In this document: positions 24,855 through 33,611 of the stretch, piece after piece
Layout: every line of letters begins with the position of its first letter
Position numbering within the stretch: position 1 is the first letter of the stretch
Source of the DNA: Candidatus Binatia bacterium
GTDB lineage: Bacteria; Desulfobacterota; Binatia; UBA9968
Direction of reading: 5' to 3'
DNA length: 36,220 bases
Assembly (NCBI GenBank): GCA_044869705.1
Contig: JBIOXP010000377.1
Coordinates: 1-36,220 of the forward strand
The notes under the pieces: generated by a model
Database searches by the model: none
Seen by the model: the letters and a program-made list of their open reading frames with translations, nothing else
What the model was told of the DNA's origin: nothing
Program-made: the position numbers and the translations under genes

Positions 24855-27200
24855 ATGCAGCAAACCAGCAAGACCCTCATCGGCCCGCGGGATCGTAAAC
24901 GATACGCGCAACTTAAATTCATCGGCACGCCGACGCCGCGTCTCGAAGGTCCTGAGAAGGTCTCGGGCAAAGCGATCTACGCCGGTGACGTGAGCCTGCC
25001 CGGCATGCTTTGGTGCAAGGTGCTGCGAAGCCCGATCGCGTACGGCCGGATCAAACAAATCGACGTCAGTCGCGCGCGATCTTTGTCTGGCGTTGCCGCC
25101 GTTCTTACCGGAAAAAACCTTTCGGGTTTGCTCATCGGCCGCAAAATCTACGACATGCCGATCCTAGCGGATAGTGTGGTGCGCTTCATCGGAGAAAAAG
25201 TCGCCGCGGTGGCGGCGGAGAGCGAAGAGATCGCCGAAGAAGCCCTGCGTCTGATCGCGGTGGATTACGAAGAGCTGCCGCCGATTCTCGACCCTCGCGA
25301 AGCGGCCGAGCCGTCGGCGCCGCTGCTTCATCCGAATGTGCAGCGGTATCGCGGCTTGCTTCATCCCATCGAACAGCCGAGCAATGTTTTTATCGACATG
25401 AGATGGATCAAGGGCGATATCGAGGCGGGATTTCAAGAGGCCGACATCGTCGTCGAAAATACGTTTACGACCCGCCCCGTGCATCAGGCGTACATCGAGC
25501 CGCATGCCTGCGTGGTAAAAGCCCGGGCCGACGGCGGCGCCGATATCTGGGGCTGCTCGAAGGTGCCGTTTGCCTTGCGCGAACAGGTCGCGATCGCGTT
25601 CGGCCAAAGTGTGGAAAACTTTATCGTGCATCCGTGCTACATCGGCGGTTGCTTCGGCGGTAAGGGCGATTTCATGGATGTGCCGGTGTGCTATGCGTTG
25701 TCGCTAAAGAGCGGCCGGGCGGTGAAGATGGTGATGGATTACGGCGAAGAATTTATCGCCGGCAATCCGCGTCATGCGGCAATCATCCGGGTAAAGAGCG
25801 GCGTCAAGATGGACGGCCGACTGGTTGCGCATCGAATGGATTACACCTTCGACAGCGGCGCCTATGCGGCGTTCAAACCGCAAGGTTATCTGGTCGGCCC
25901 GAAAGAAGCGGCGGGCCCGTACAATATTCCCAACGTTTTCATCGAGGAAAAAATCGTCTACACGAACAAAATACCGTGCGGACACATGCGCGCGCCCGGG
26001 GATCCACAGGGGTTTTTCGCCAACGAATCGCAGATGGATTTGGTCGCGCGCCAATTGAACATCGATCCAATTGCGTTCAGAGAGAAAAATCTGATGCGTG
26101 ACGGTGACGTTTCGCCGATCGGCCACGTTGTGCCTCACATCAAGAGCCATGAGATCATGGATCAAGCAGTGCGCGCCTCCGGGTACGAAAAACCAAAGAG
26201 CAAGCAGTGCGGCCGCGGTGTCGCGATCGCACAGTGGTTGCCGTTGGGCGGAGAGTGCCATGCGTTTGTGGTCATCAATCCACAGGGAAAGGCTACGGTT
26301 TCGACATCGATGCTTGATCAGGGAGCGGGAACACACACCGCGATGCGCCTCGTCGCAGCGGAAGAATTGAAGCTCCCACTCGAAAGCATTCGCATCAGGA
26401 CCCTCGATACGAGCGAAGTCGAACCGGACACTGGAATTGGGGCGAGCCGCGGAACGCGGATTTTCGGCAGTGCGACGAGCTCGGCGGCCGTGCAAGCGCG
26501 GGAGCGGCTGCTCGAAGCAGCAAGCAAAAAACTCGAATTGCCAAGAGAGCAGATTGAGCTGTGCGGCGATGGAACACTGCGAACTGCGACAGGCCAGAGC
26601 GTCAGTTATGCAGAAGTCGCAGCGTTCGCGGGCGGGGAGATTCGCGGTCACGGTTTTTACCGCGATTTTCAATCCGGTCCTGAGGCGGCGCTGTGCGTTC
26701 AGATAGCTGGAGTGAAAGTGGATATCGAAACCGGTCAGGTGAAACTACTCCAGTTTACTTCCGCTCATAGCACCGGAACGGTGCTCAACCCGCTCATGCA
26801 TCAGGGGCAGATCGACGGTGGTGTTGTGATGGGCATGGGATATTCTCTCATCGAAGGGATGTCGATCGAGGACGGAAGCGTGACGACGACCAACTTCGGC
26901 GAAAATAAAATTCCTTCGATCGCCGATATTCCGCCATTGAAAACCGTCATTCAGGAATTTTCCGTGGGTAACGGCCCGTTTGGAGGCATGAGCATCGGCG
27001 AGCCGCCAGTGGTGCCCACGGCTGCGGCCATCGCCAATGCCGTGCATGATGCGGTGGGCGTGCGCATCAAGGATCTACCGATTACCGCGGAAAAAGTCCT
27101 GAGCGCCCTGAAAGCTTTGCCTGTCGAGGCAACACGCAGTTCCAAGCACCGCGCAAGTAAAAACGGACGTGAATCGGACACTTCCCGCGATACGCCCTAG
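24855..27200 (+). CDS. xanthine dehydrogenase/aldehyde oxidase family molybdopterin-binding subunit (copy 2)
   Basis: The track ORF starts at TTG 24810, inside the previous gene. ATG 24855 (MQQTSKT...) lies 8 nt after the upstream stop. PRLEGPEKVSGKAIYAGDV...VLRSPIAYGRI gives the hammerhead domain, and the C-terminal GGMSIGEPPVVPTAAAIANAV is conserved. It is a paralogue of 9227..11491. Confidence 0.9.
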   Translation: MQQTSKTLIGPRDRKRYAQLKFIGTPTPRLEGPEKVSGKAIYAGDVSLPGMLWCKVLRSPIAYGRIKQIDVSRARSLSGVAAVLTGKNLSGLLIGRKIYDMPILADSVVRFIGEKVAAVAAESEEIAEEALRLIAVDYEELPPILDPREAAEPSAPLLHPNVQRYRGLLHPIEQPSNVFIDMRWIKGDIEAGFQEADIVVENTFTTRPVHQAYIEPHACVVKARADGGADIWGCSKVPFALREQVAIAFGQSVENFIVHPCYIGGCFGGKGDFMDVPVCYALSLKSGRAVKMVMDYGEEFIAGNPRHAAIIRVKSGVKMDGRLVAHRMDYTFDSGAYAAFKPQGYLVGPKEAAGPYNIPNVFIEEKIVYTNKIPCGHMRAPGDPQGFFANESQMDLVARQLNIDPIAFREKNLMRDGDVSPIGHVVPHIKSHEIMDQAVRASGYEKPKSKQCGRGVAIAQWLPLGGECHAFVVINPQGKATVSTSMLDQGAGTHTAMRLVAAEELKLPLESIRIRTLDTSEVEPDTGIGASRGTRIFGSATSSAAVQARERLLEAASKKLELPREQIELCGDGTLRTATGQSVSYAEVAAFAGGEIRGHGFYRDFQSGPEAALCVQIAGVKVDIETGQVKLLQFTSAHSTGTVLNPLMHQGQIDGGVVMGMGYSLIEGMSIEDGSVTTTNFGENKIPSIADIPPLKTVIQEFSVGNGPFGGMSIGEPPVVPTAAAIANAVHDAVGVRIKDLPITAEKVLSALKALPVEATRSSKHRASKNGRESDTSRDTP

Positions 27201-27227
27201 CTACCCGAGTAAGCGATCAAAAAACCG

Positions 27228-27255
27228 TGCATCCTGAGTAGGCAGCGAAGCTGCC
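27228..27255. repeat. degenerate copy of the TGTCATTCYGAGC...GCGAAG element, with a GGCAGC-GAA-GCTGCC hairpin
   Basis: TGCATCCTGAGTAGGCAGCGAAGCTGCC aligns by eye with TGTCATTCTGAGCCGACGGCGAAG at 20190. It lies between convergent stops at 27200 and 27269. Confidence 0.4.
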
Positions 27256-27268
27256 GTATCGAAGGACG

Positions 27269-28021
27269 TCAGATTTCGGCGTGCTCGATCGGCACAATGG
27301 GCCAGGCGACGACTTCCTGCAACCGCGAAAAATGGCCAAAAGGTTTGTTGTTGGGTATTTTTATTCCTGTAGCCTCGATCATCGTGCTGCTGCGCAGTTC
27401 CGCCGCGGCAGGTTGCAAGCGCCATTGCGGATGATGGATCTCGCCGAAGACAATGCGATCGGGCTTGAACGCGCTGAAGAGACAGTACCTTTCCGTTAGC
27501 CAGTGATCCAATGTCCCTGGTTGAGCCAGATAGACGGGACCGGTGGGCGCGTAAGACCCATTGAACTCTGCCGCAACTGATTTTTTATCCTCGCGCACGC
27601 TCTGGTATTCGATCGACTCGCGTGTCGATACCACTTTCATACGCGCATCGTAATAAGGCATTCCTAGCCAGCGTGCCGCTCTCACCGCCAGCCAATTGGC
27701 CGCATCGAGGCTGAAGAACCAAACGCCGGCTTTTCGGCGTGTCTTCACGTAAGTACGCACGTTCAGCTCGGGAAAGTCCATCGGAATCGGAACGTAACGT
27801 GGGTGCACACCGCTCATGCGAAACGGGACGACGCCGATCCAACACCAGCCATCGAAGGTGTCCAGTTCCAAGACGCGGGGAATTAAGGGCCGAAGTGTTT
27901 CCGGGCGAACCGGCCAGTGAAGAAACAGAACATTATGCCAGCGCATGAACAGAAGCCAAGGTGTTTGCGGTAACGGCCAAGGCCGATGAGCAGTCTCCCG
28001 CATGATCTCGGTTGTAATCAC
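27269..28021 (-). CDS. DUF2071 (YqjF-like) family protein
   Basis: 250 aa with a GTG start; an alternative ATG lies at 28003. W.LF.HWPV....L..L.P..LELDTFDG.CWIGVVPFRM is the characteristic DUF2071 N-terminal pattern. It is the only minus-strand gene in the cluster. Confidence 0.65.
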   Translation of the reverse strand: MITTEIMRETAHRPWPLPQTPWLLFMRWHNVLFLHWPVRPETLRPLIPRVLELDTFDGWCWIGVVPFRMSGVHPRYVPIPMDFPELNVRTYVKTRRKAGVWFFSLDAANWLAVRAARWLGMPYYDARMKVVSTRESIEYQSVREDKKSVAAEFNGSYAPTGPVYLAQPGTLDHWLTERYCLFSAFKPDRIVFGEIHHPQWRLQPAAAELRSSTMIEATGIKIPNNKPFGHFSRLQEVVAWPIVPIEHAEI

Positions 28022-28234
28022 GGCGCTACCGGTGATGAGGTTCGCGCATATCAGAGCCCGGTGCTCAACTGAACGAAGTCACGCCAGCCGAGCGGCGCGG
28101 GCTTTAACCACATCCACTTGTGAGCCTAACGTTTTTCATGGGTTGCCCCAAGCATGCAAGAAGTTCGGTAGTTTTGAGTCTTGGCATTGGATCTGATACT
28201 CAGTGTACAGCGTTGATCGAATTAGTGTGTCGAA

Positions 28235-28741
28235 ATGAAAGAGGAGCTTGCCCGACGACTGGTTCAAGGACTCAAGGCCGCGGGAATCGATTTCGTCAGC
28301 TACCTGCCCGAGACGCGCTTGAGCCAGATTCTGCCATTGATTCGCGATGATCCTGCCATGGATTTAATCCCGGCATCGAGCGAGCAAGAAGCAGTTACCA
28401 TCGCCGCGGGGGCGACACTGGGCGGAAAGCAGGCCGCGGTTTACATGGAGAATACCGGCATCTATGTTTCGAGCTACAGTCTGCTCGTTACCGGAAAGCA
28501 ATTGGGTGTGCCGATTCTTCTCGTCATCGGCTATTTGGGCGGCGTTCCCGATCAGCGCAATAGTTTTCTCTATGCGACGATCGGTAAACACACGGTTCCG
28601 GTGCTCGAAGCTTTGGAAATAGAATATCGAATCCTCGAAGACGGTGAAAAGCTCGAGGGCAAAATTCGCGATGCCGTGAGGGCGGGCAATGCGCTGCGCG
28701 CGCCGTATGCGCTCTTGTTCGCCGGGGAGTTTTCCGAATGA
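28235..28741 (+). CDS. ThDP-dependent decarboxylase, alpha (N-terminal PYR-domain) subunit, sulfopyruvate/phosphonopyruvate decarboxylase-like
   Basis: 168 aa. GIDFVSYLPETRLSQILPLI...SSEQEAVTIAAGATLGGKQAAVYMENTG carries the catalytic Glu context of TPP_enzyme_N. It is a split-gene arrangement with ATGA overlap to the beta subunit. Confidence 0.75.
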   Translation: MKEELARRLVQGLKAAGIDFVSYLPETRLSQILPLIRDDPAMDLIPASSEQEAVTIAAGATLGGKQAAVYMENTGIYVSSYSLLVTGKQLGVPILLVIGYLGGVPDQRNSFLYATIGKHTVPVLEALEIEYRILEDGEKLEGKIRDAVRAGNALRAPYALLFAGEFSE

Positions 28742-29340
28742 TTCGTCGTGAGTGCCTCGAATTGCTGGCGGGAAAAATGACCGATCAACTGGTGGTCACC
28801 TCTCAAAGCGGCCAACGCATCGAGTGGTCGCATTTCTCGCAACATCAAGGCAATTTGCTGCTCGGCATGATGGGTTGCGCGATCGGTGTCGCCACCGGCT
28901 TGGCTTTAGCGCTGCCGCATCGGAAAGTGATCGCCCTCGACTCCGACGGCAGCGTACTGCTGTCGCTTTTCAATCTCACAACTTTGGGCAATTTGCGGCC
29001 GAAAAATCTGGTCGTCTATGTTTTCGATAACGGAGTTTACAGCGGTAGTCGGATTAGTTATCCGACCGCCACTGCGGGGAATACGGATTTAGCCGCAATG
29101 GCGCGGAGCGCGGGAATTTCCAACGCATGCTCGATCAGCGAGCTTGGCGATTTCAAAACGAAAGGAATCGGTGCTTTGACGTCCAAAGAGCTCGGTTTTT
29201 TTGTCTGCAAGGTCGAGGAGAGCCTGCTCCACCGCGAGATTCCTCGGCCGAACACCGATCTGGCGGAAAACAAGTATACGTTTGTTCGTTACCTCGAACG
29301 GACGGAGGGCAAAGCCATTCCGTTCGTCGGGCGCGGATGA
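28738..29340 (+). CDS. ThDP-dependent decarboxylase, beta (PP-domain) subunit, ComE-like
   Basis: 200 aa. GMMGCAIGVATGLALALPHRKVIALDSDGSVLLSL...VVYVFDNGVYSGS is the ThDP-binding GDG-X(24-27)-N(N) motif with the first Gly replaced (DSDGS...DN). Confidence 0.75.
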   Translation: MIRRECLELLAGKMTDQLVVTSQSGQRIEWSHFSQHQGNLLLGMMGCAIGVATGLALALPHRKVIALDSDGSVLLSLFNLTTLGNLRPKNLVVYVFDNGVYSGSRISYPTATAGNTDLAAMARSAGISNACSISELGDFKTKGIGALTSKELGFFVCKVEESLLHREIPRPNTDLAENKYTFVRYLERTEGKAIPFVGRG

Positions 29341-29359
29341 AATTCGAGAGGAAGACAAC

Positions 29360-30388
29360 GTGAAGAAGCTGTTGCTGACGTTAGTGGCAATAATAAGTCT
29401 TGCCATCAGTCCTAAGCCTGAAGCTCATGGGCAGGATTTTTATAAAGACAAAACGTTGACGATCATTGTCGGTTACTCGCCTGGCGGCTCGTTCGATCTT
29501 TATGCGCGCGTGCTGGCGCGCTATATCGGGCGCTATTTGCCGGGAAATCCGACGCGAGTCGTCGAGAACATGACCGGGGCCGGGGGGCTCATCGCGGCGA
29601 ATCATCTCTACAATCGGGTCAAGCCGGATGGGCTGACGATCGGCGCGTGGGCGTCGCCGCTGGTGCTGCAGCAAATTATGGGCAACGAGGCGGCGCAGTT
29701 CGACGGGCGAAAATTTGGCTATCTCGGGATCCCGAGTCCTTACGATACTGTGTGCACATTCAATCAGCAGAGCGGGATCACCAAAATGGACGATTGGATC
29801 AATGCCAAGCGGCCGCAAAAAATTTCCACGATCGGTCCCGGAACCAGCACCTCGGATATTCCCAAGCTGCTCAAGGCTGCGCTCAATCTGCCGATGGACG
29901 TCATTGATGGGTATAAGGGTGGCGCCGATGCACGCTTAGCCGTGGAATCTGGCGAGGTCGACGGCTATTGCGGCTCCTGGGGAACGGTGGAAACAGTCTG
30001 GCGCTCGGCCTACGAAAGCAAAAAAATTGTCCCGGTGCTGCAGACCTCGCTCAAATCCGATCCCAAGCATCGCGACATCCCGTTGGCGATCAACTATGCC
30101 AAAACAGAGGAAGCGCGCGAGCTCTTGAACATCGCCGATAATGTGCACGTCGTGCAATTCCCTTTTTCAGTGCCGCCGGGCATGGCGAAAGATCGATTGG
30201 CGCTGTTGCAGCAAGCGTTCATGCGGACGTTCAAGGATCCGGGGCTGATCGACGAAGCGAAGAAGTCGCAGCTCGATGTGGATCCCGTCGATGGGCCGAC
30301 AATCGCAAAGACACTCGCGGGACTCTATGACTTGAAGCCCGCGACTGTGGCGCAGCTGAAAGAGATTCTGGTGCCTAAAAAGCGTTGA
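29360..30388 (+). CDS. Bug/TctC-family (tripartite tricarboxylate transporter) periplasmic substrate-binding protein
   Basis: The track ORF extends upstream into the previous gene. The GTG at 29360 after GAGAGGAAG gives the signal VKKLLLTLVAIISLAISPKPEA. TIIVGYSPGGSFDLYARVLARYIG...VVENMTGAGGLIAANH is the Bug-family signature region. Confidence 0.8.
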   Translation: MKKLLLTLVAIISLAISPKPEAHGQDFYKDKTLTIIVGYSPGGSFDLYARVLARYIGRYLPGNPTRVVENMTGAGGLIAANHLYNRVKPDGLTIGAWASPLVLQQIMGNEAAQFDGRKFGYLGIPSPYDTVCTFNQQSGITKMDDWINAKRPQKISTIGPGTSTSDIPKLLKAALNLPMDVIDGYKGGADARLAVESGEVDGYCGSWGTVETVWRSAYESKKIVPVLQTSLKSDPKHRDIPLAINYAKTEEARELLNIADNVHVVQFPFSVPPGMAKDRLALLQQAFMRTFKDPGLIDEAKKSQLDVDPVDGPTIAKTLAGLYDLKPATVAQLKEILVPKKR

Positions 30389-30437
30389 GCGGCGCGGCGG
30401 AATCTTGGCGCGTTTTTCGTGCTACGAATGTCCTAAG

Positions 30438-30468
30438 TTGACACAGCCAATCTGGTCTCGATAAAAAT
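30438..30468 (+). promoter_or_regulatory. possible sigma-70-type promoter upstream of the LigB-family gene
   Basis: A perfect -35 TTGACA (30438-30443), a 17-18-nt spacer, then an A/T-rich -10-like ATAAAAAT (30461-30468), about 50 nt upstream of the ATG at 30518. Sequence resemblance only. Confidence 0.3.
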
Positions 30469-30517
30469 CGATAGATGCTCCTTGCCCGTGCGGACGAGAA
30501 TAGGGAGGGACAAAATC

Positions 30518-31474
30518 ATGGCTCAGGTCGTCATCGGAATCGGAACCTCGCACAGTCCGCAGTTGAGCATTCGCGCTTCGGAGTGGGAGCATCTGCTCAA
30601 AAAAGATCAGACCGATCCGCGTCTCGATTACGCAAATCTCGTCAAACGCGCGAAGCCGGGCCTGGAAACGGAGCTGACGCCGGAAAAGTTTCGCCAGCGC
30701 GACGAGGCCTGCCTCAAAGCGGTCCATCAATTGGGCGCTGCGCTGCGGAACTCTCGCGCCGATGTGGTGGTCGTGTTCGGCGACGATCAGCAAGAGCAAT
30801 TTCACGATGACAACATGCCGACGTTCGCGATCTATCACGGCAAAACCTTACCGGTCGTGAAGGATAACAAACACCGACCGTCGGGCTGGAAGGACGCAGA
30901 GCGCCGCGGTTGGGCAGAGACCGCCGAGCAGTACGAGACCGCCCATGAGCTGGCGAATCATTTGATCCGCTCCCTGGTCGATGCGGAGTTCGACATCGCG
31001 CGCTGCGATAAGCTCCGTGAAGAAATCGGCGTCGGCCATGCGTTCAGCTTTCTTTATCGGCGTATTTTGCCGGGCGGCAAACTGCCGATGGTGCCGGTGA
31101 TGGTAAATACCTATTATCCGCCCAACCAACCGACACCGAAGCGCTGCTACGCGTTTGGTCAGGCGGTGCGCGGGGCAATCGAGTCTTGGAACAGCGATCA
31201 AAAAGTCGCGATCATGGCCTCCGGCGGTTTGAGCCATGTGGTGATCGACGAAGAGATTGACGCGATGACCATGGACGGATTGAAAAATAAAAAGCCTGAG
31301 ACGCTTTTCAAATTGCCGCGTGAGCGTTTACGCGGCGGCACATCGGAAATTCTCAACTGGGTGGCTCTCGCGGGGGCGATGGAAGATCGAGAGCTAAAAT
31401 ATTTCGAATATGTGACCACGTATCGATCGCCGGCCGCGACCGGCTGCGGGATGGGCTTCGCCTACTGGATGTAA
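30518..31474 (+). CDS. class III extradiol ring-cleavage dioxygenase family protein (LigB superfamily, subunit-B type)
   Basis: ATG at 30518 after GGGAGGG; the track ORF starts at 30482. VVIGIGTSHSPQL is the first His motif. GVGHAFSF and MASGGLSHVV match the LigB/MhpB family conserved His motifs. 318 aa. Confidence 0.8.
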   Translation: MAQVVIGIGTSHSPQLSIRASEWEHLLKKDQTDPRLDYANLVKRAKPGLETELTPEKFRQRDEACLKAVHQLGAALRNSRADVVVVFGDDQQEQFHDDNMPTFAIYHGKTLPVVKDNKHRPSGWKDAERRGWAETAEQYETAHELANHLIRSLVDAEFDIARCDKLREEIGVGHAFSFLYRRILPGGKLPMVPVMVNTYYPPNQPTPKRCYAFGQAVRGAIESWNSDQKVAIMASGGLSHVVIDEEIDAMTMDGLKNKKPETLFKLPRERLRGGTSEILNWVALAGAMEDRELKYFEYVTTYRSPAATGCGMGFAYWM

Positions 31475-31553
31475 TCGAAGAATTATTGACGCGGACCAGG
31501 AACTGGCCATGATCTTGAGATCGCCTGCAGAGAATGAAAATGCGAAGGGGGAA

Positions 31554-31581
31554 AGATTCCTCGCAATCGCTCGGAATGACA
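31554..31581. repeat. inverted copy of the TGTCATTCYGAGC...GCGARGAATCT element
   Basis: AGATTCCTCGCAATCGCTCGGAATGACA has the reverse complement TGTCATTCCGAGCGATTGCGAGGAATCT, compared with TGTCATTCTGAGCCGACGGCGAAGAATCT at 20190. It is flanked by the short hairpins CCTCTC-atgtc-GAGAGG and GGCGGAC-caaagt-GTCCGCC. Confidence 0.6.
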
Positions 31582-31731
31582 AGACCCTCTCATGTCGAGA
31601 GGTGTTTCCTCGGTTCAACGGAGATGACGGAGTAGGGGCGGACCAAAGTGTCCGCCTGACCGCAATTCATCGCAGCAACACAACGGGACTGCGAAACGGT
31701 ACGGGCGACCGGCGGCCGCCCTCGATTCAAA

Positions 31732-32394
31732 ATGGCGCGAGAATCCATCATCGAACGGCTGGCTAAGCTCGATACCTGCGCGGTCTCGGATGCGCTGGAC
31801 AGCTTGGGATTGAAAGGTGCGACCTGGGGCGTGCGCCCGCTCTGGGATTGCCCGCGGATCGTCGGCCGAGCCGTGACGATGAAAATCAAGCCCGCTGGTT
31901 TGCAGCAGCCGACTCAGCATCTGGGCACTGCGCCGATCCAAGCGGCGAAGCCGGGCGACATCATCGTCATCGACAACGCCGGCCAGCTACAGTTCTCATG
32001 TTGGGGCGGGCTCCTGGCGCTTTCCGCAAAACTCAAAGGGCTGAGTGGTGTCGTCATTGATGGCGCGTCTCGGGACGTGGATGAAGCGCGCGATCTCAGG
32101 TTTCCGGTGTATGCGCGCGGCGCGGTGCCGATGACCGCGCGTGGCCGCGTGATTCAGGATTCGTATAACCAGGAAATCCAGTTTGCCGGCGTGCAATGCC
32201 ATCCGGGCGATCTCGTCATTGCCGACGCGAGCGGCGTGATAATCGTCGTTAAGGAAAGAGAAGAAGAAGTTGTCGCCGCCGCCGAAGAAATTTATCGGAA
32301 AGAACAGGAGATGGCAGACGGGATCCGCAAAGGCTATTCGGGATTGGAAATGTTGGAGAAGCTCGGCTACGAGCAGATGCTGAAAAAAATCTAG
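31732..32394 (+). CDS. RraA-family protein (4-hydroxy-4-methyl-2-oxoglutarate aldolase / oxaloacetate decarboxylase-like)
   Basis: 220 aa. LAKLDTCAVSDALDSLGL..., GDIIVIDNAG...SCWGGLLALSAKLKGLSGVVIDGASRDVDE... and FPVYARG are the typical RraA/HMG-aldolase motifs. Confidence 0.85.
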   Translation: MARESIIERLAKLDTCAVSDALDSLGLKGATWGVRPLWDCPRIVGRAVTMKIKPAGLQQPTQHLGTAPIQAAKPGDIIVIDNAGQLQFSCWGGLLALSAKLKGLSGVVIDGASRDVDEARDLRFPVYARGAVPMTARGRVIQDSYNQEIQFAGVQCHPGDLVIADASGVIIVVKEREEEVVAAAEEIYRKEQEMADGIRKGYSGLEMLEKLGYEQMLKKI

Positions 32395-32413
32395 GGGGCA
32401 GCATGCTGCACCC
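32394..32413. repeat. GC-rich palindrome, copy 2 (one mismatch)
   Basis: GGGGGCAGCA|TGCTGCACCC shares the core GCAGCATGCTGC with 11500-11519. It overlaps the last base of the RraA-like stop codon and lies 17 nt before the next gene. Confidence 0.7.
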
Positions 32414-32429
32414 ATGATCCAGGCAAACC

Positions 32430-33611
32430 ATGTTGACGCATGATGAAAACAAACTGCTGACTCAAGTCGGCCGGGGCACGCCGTGCGGCGAGCTGCTGCG
32501 CCGCTACTGGCACCCCGTCGCGGCTGCCGCGGAATTAACTGACGATAAACCGATCCGCCCGGTGAAAATGCTTGGCGAGGAGTTGGTCGTTTATCGGGAT
32601 AAGCAAGGCAAGTACGGACTGGTCGGTGAGCACTGTCCGCACCGTTTGGCATCGCTCGCCTACGGGCGGGTGGACGAAGAAGGGATTCGCTGTCCCTATC
32701 ACGGCTGGAAATTCGATGCGTCCGGCAAATGTCTCGAACAACCGGCGGAACCGCCGGGCAGCACATTTAGAGATCGCATCAAACATACAGCGTATCCGGT
32801 GCAGTACCTCGGCGGGCTTATCTATGGATATTTGGGCCCCGCCCCAGCACCGCTATTACCGCGATGGGATGTGCTCGTCTGGGAGCATGGCCGGCGCTGG
32901 ATCGTTAAAGAGTCGGTGATCGACTGCAACTGGCTTCAGCCGATGGAGAATTCGGTGGATCCGTCGCATTTGTTTTGGCTCCACGGCGATACCGAACGCT
33001 ATGTGCCGGCAGTCAAGACATACGCTGAAAGCTATGAGTTCATCCGGTTTGATTACGGCATCAGAAAACGTCGAACGACGTTGTCACGAGCCACCGGTCG
33101 TGCTCCGGCGGTGGACGATCATCCGTTGGTGTTCCCGACAATCTTGAGGCACGTGGCGCCGTTCAACGAAGGCAGCGGCCATCGGCACAATTTACAGATC
33201 CGGGTGCCGGTGGACGATTTCCGTACGCAGGTATTTCGCGTCAACTTTCTGCCGATGGACTCGGAAAGCTCGCCGGAGGACGCGCCGGTGCCGTTCCGCT
33301 TCGTCCAGCTCAAGACCGGGCCGCGGGAGTACAAAATGAATATGATCCCGGCGCAGGACTCGATGGCGTGGGAAACTCAAGGACCGCGGACTGACCGAAC
33401 TCAGGAGCACCTCGGCGCCGGCGACGAAGGCATCATTGAATTCAGAAAACTTCTGCGCGAGCAGATCGACCGGGTACAGCAAGGCCTCGAACCGATCGGC
33501 ATCATTCGCGATCCGGAAAAAAATCATTTGATCGATCTCGGCGTGTTTAACGAGCGTATCGGTCTGCATGCTGCGACGGGTACTCCGCGGCCGCAGGAAG
33601 TGGCTCTGTAA
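32430..33611 (+). CDS. Rieske non-haem-iron oxygenase alpha subunit, paralogue 3
   Basis: 393 aa. Rieske motif CPHRLASLAYGRVDEEGIRCPYHGW, iron motif NWLQPMENSVDPSHLFWLH. Confidence 0.9.
   Translation: MLTHDENKLLTQVGRGTPCGELLRRYWHPVAAAAELTDDKPIRPVKMLGEELVVYRDKQGKYGLVGEHCPHRLASLAYGRVDEEGIRCPYHGWKFDASGKCLEQPAEPPGSTFRDRIKHTAYPVQYLGGLIYGYLGPAPAPLLPRWDVLVWEHGRRWIVKESVIDCNWLQPMENSVDPSHLFWLHGDTERYVPAVKTYAESYEFIRFDYGIRKRRTTLSRATGRAPAVDDHPLVFPTILRHVAPFNEGSGHRHNLQIRVPVDDFRTQVFRVNFLPMDSESSPEDAPVPFRFVQLKTGPREYKMNMIPAQDSMAWETQGPRTDRTQEHLGAGDEGIIEFRKLLREQIDRVQQGLEPIGIIRDPEKNHLIDLGVFNERIGLHAATGTPRPQEVAL

Noticed and set aside
25704-26672. 322-aa ORF on the minus strand.
   Set aside because: It is antisense to the second molybdopterin-subunit gene. 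It is Arg/Ala-rich with no recognisable domain, so I treat it as a shadow ORF.
31996-32766. 256-aa minus-strand ORF spanning the RraA-like / Rieske 3 junction.
   Set aside because: It is antisense to two well-supported plus-strand genes and runs through the intergenic palindrome. It has an Arg/Pro-rich composition, so I treat it as spurious.
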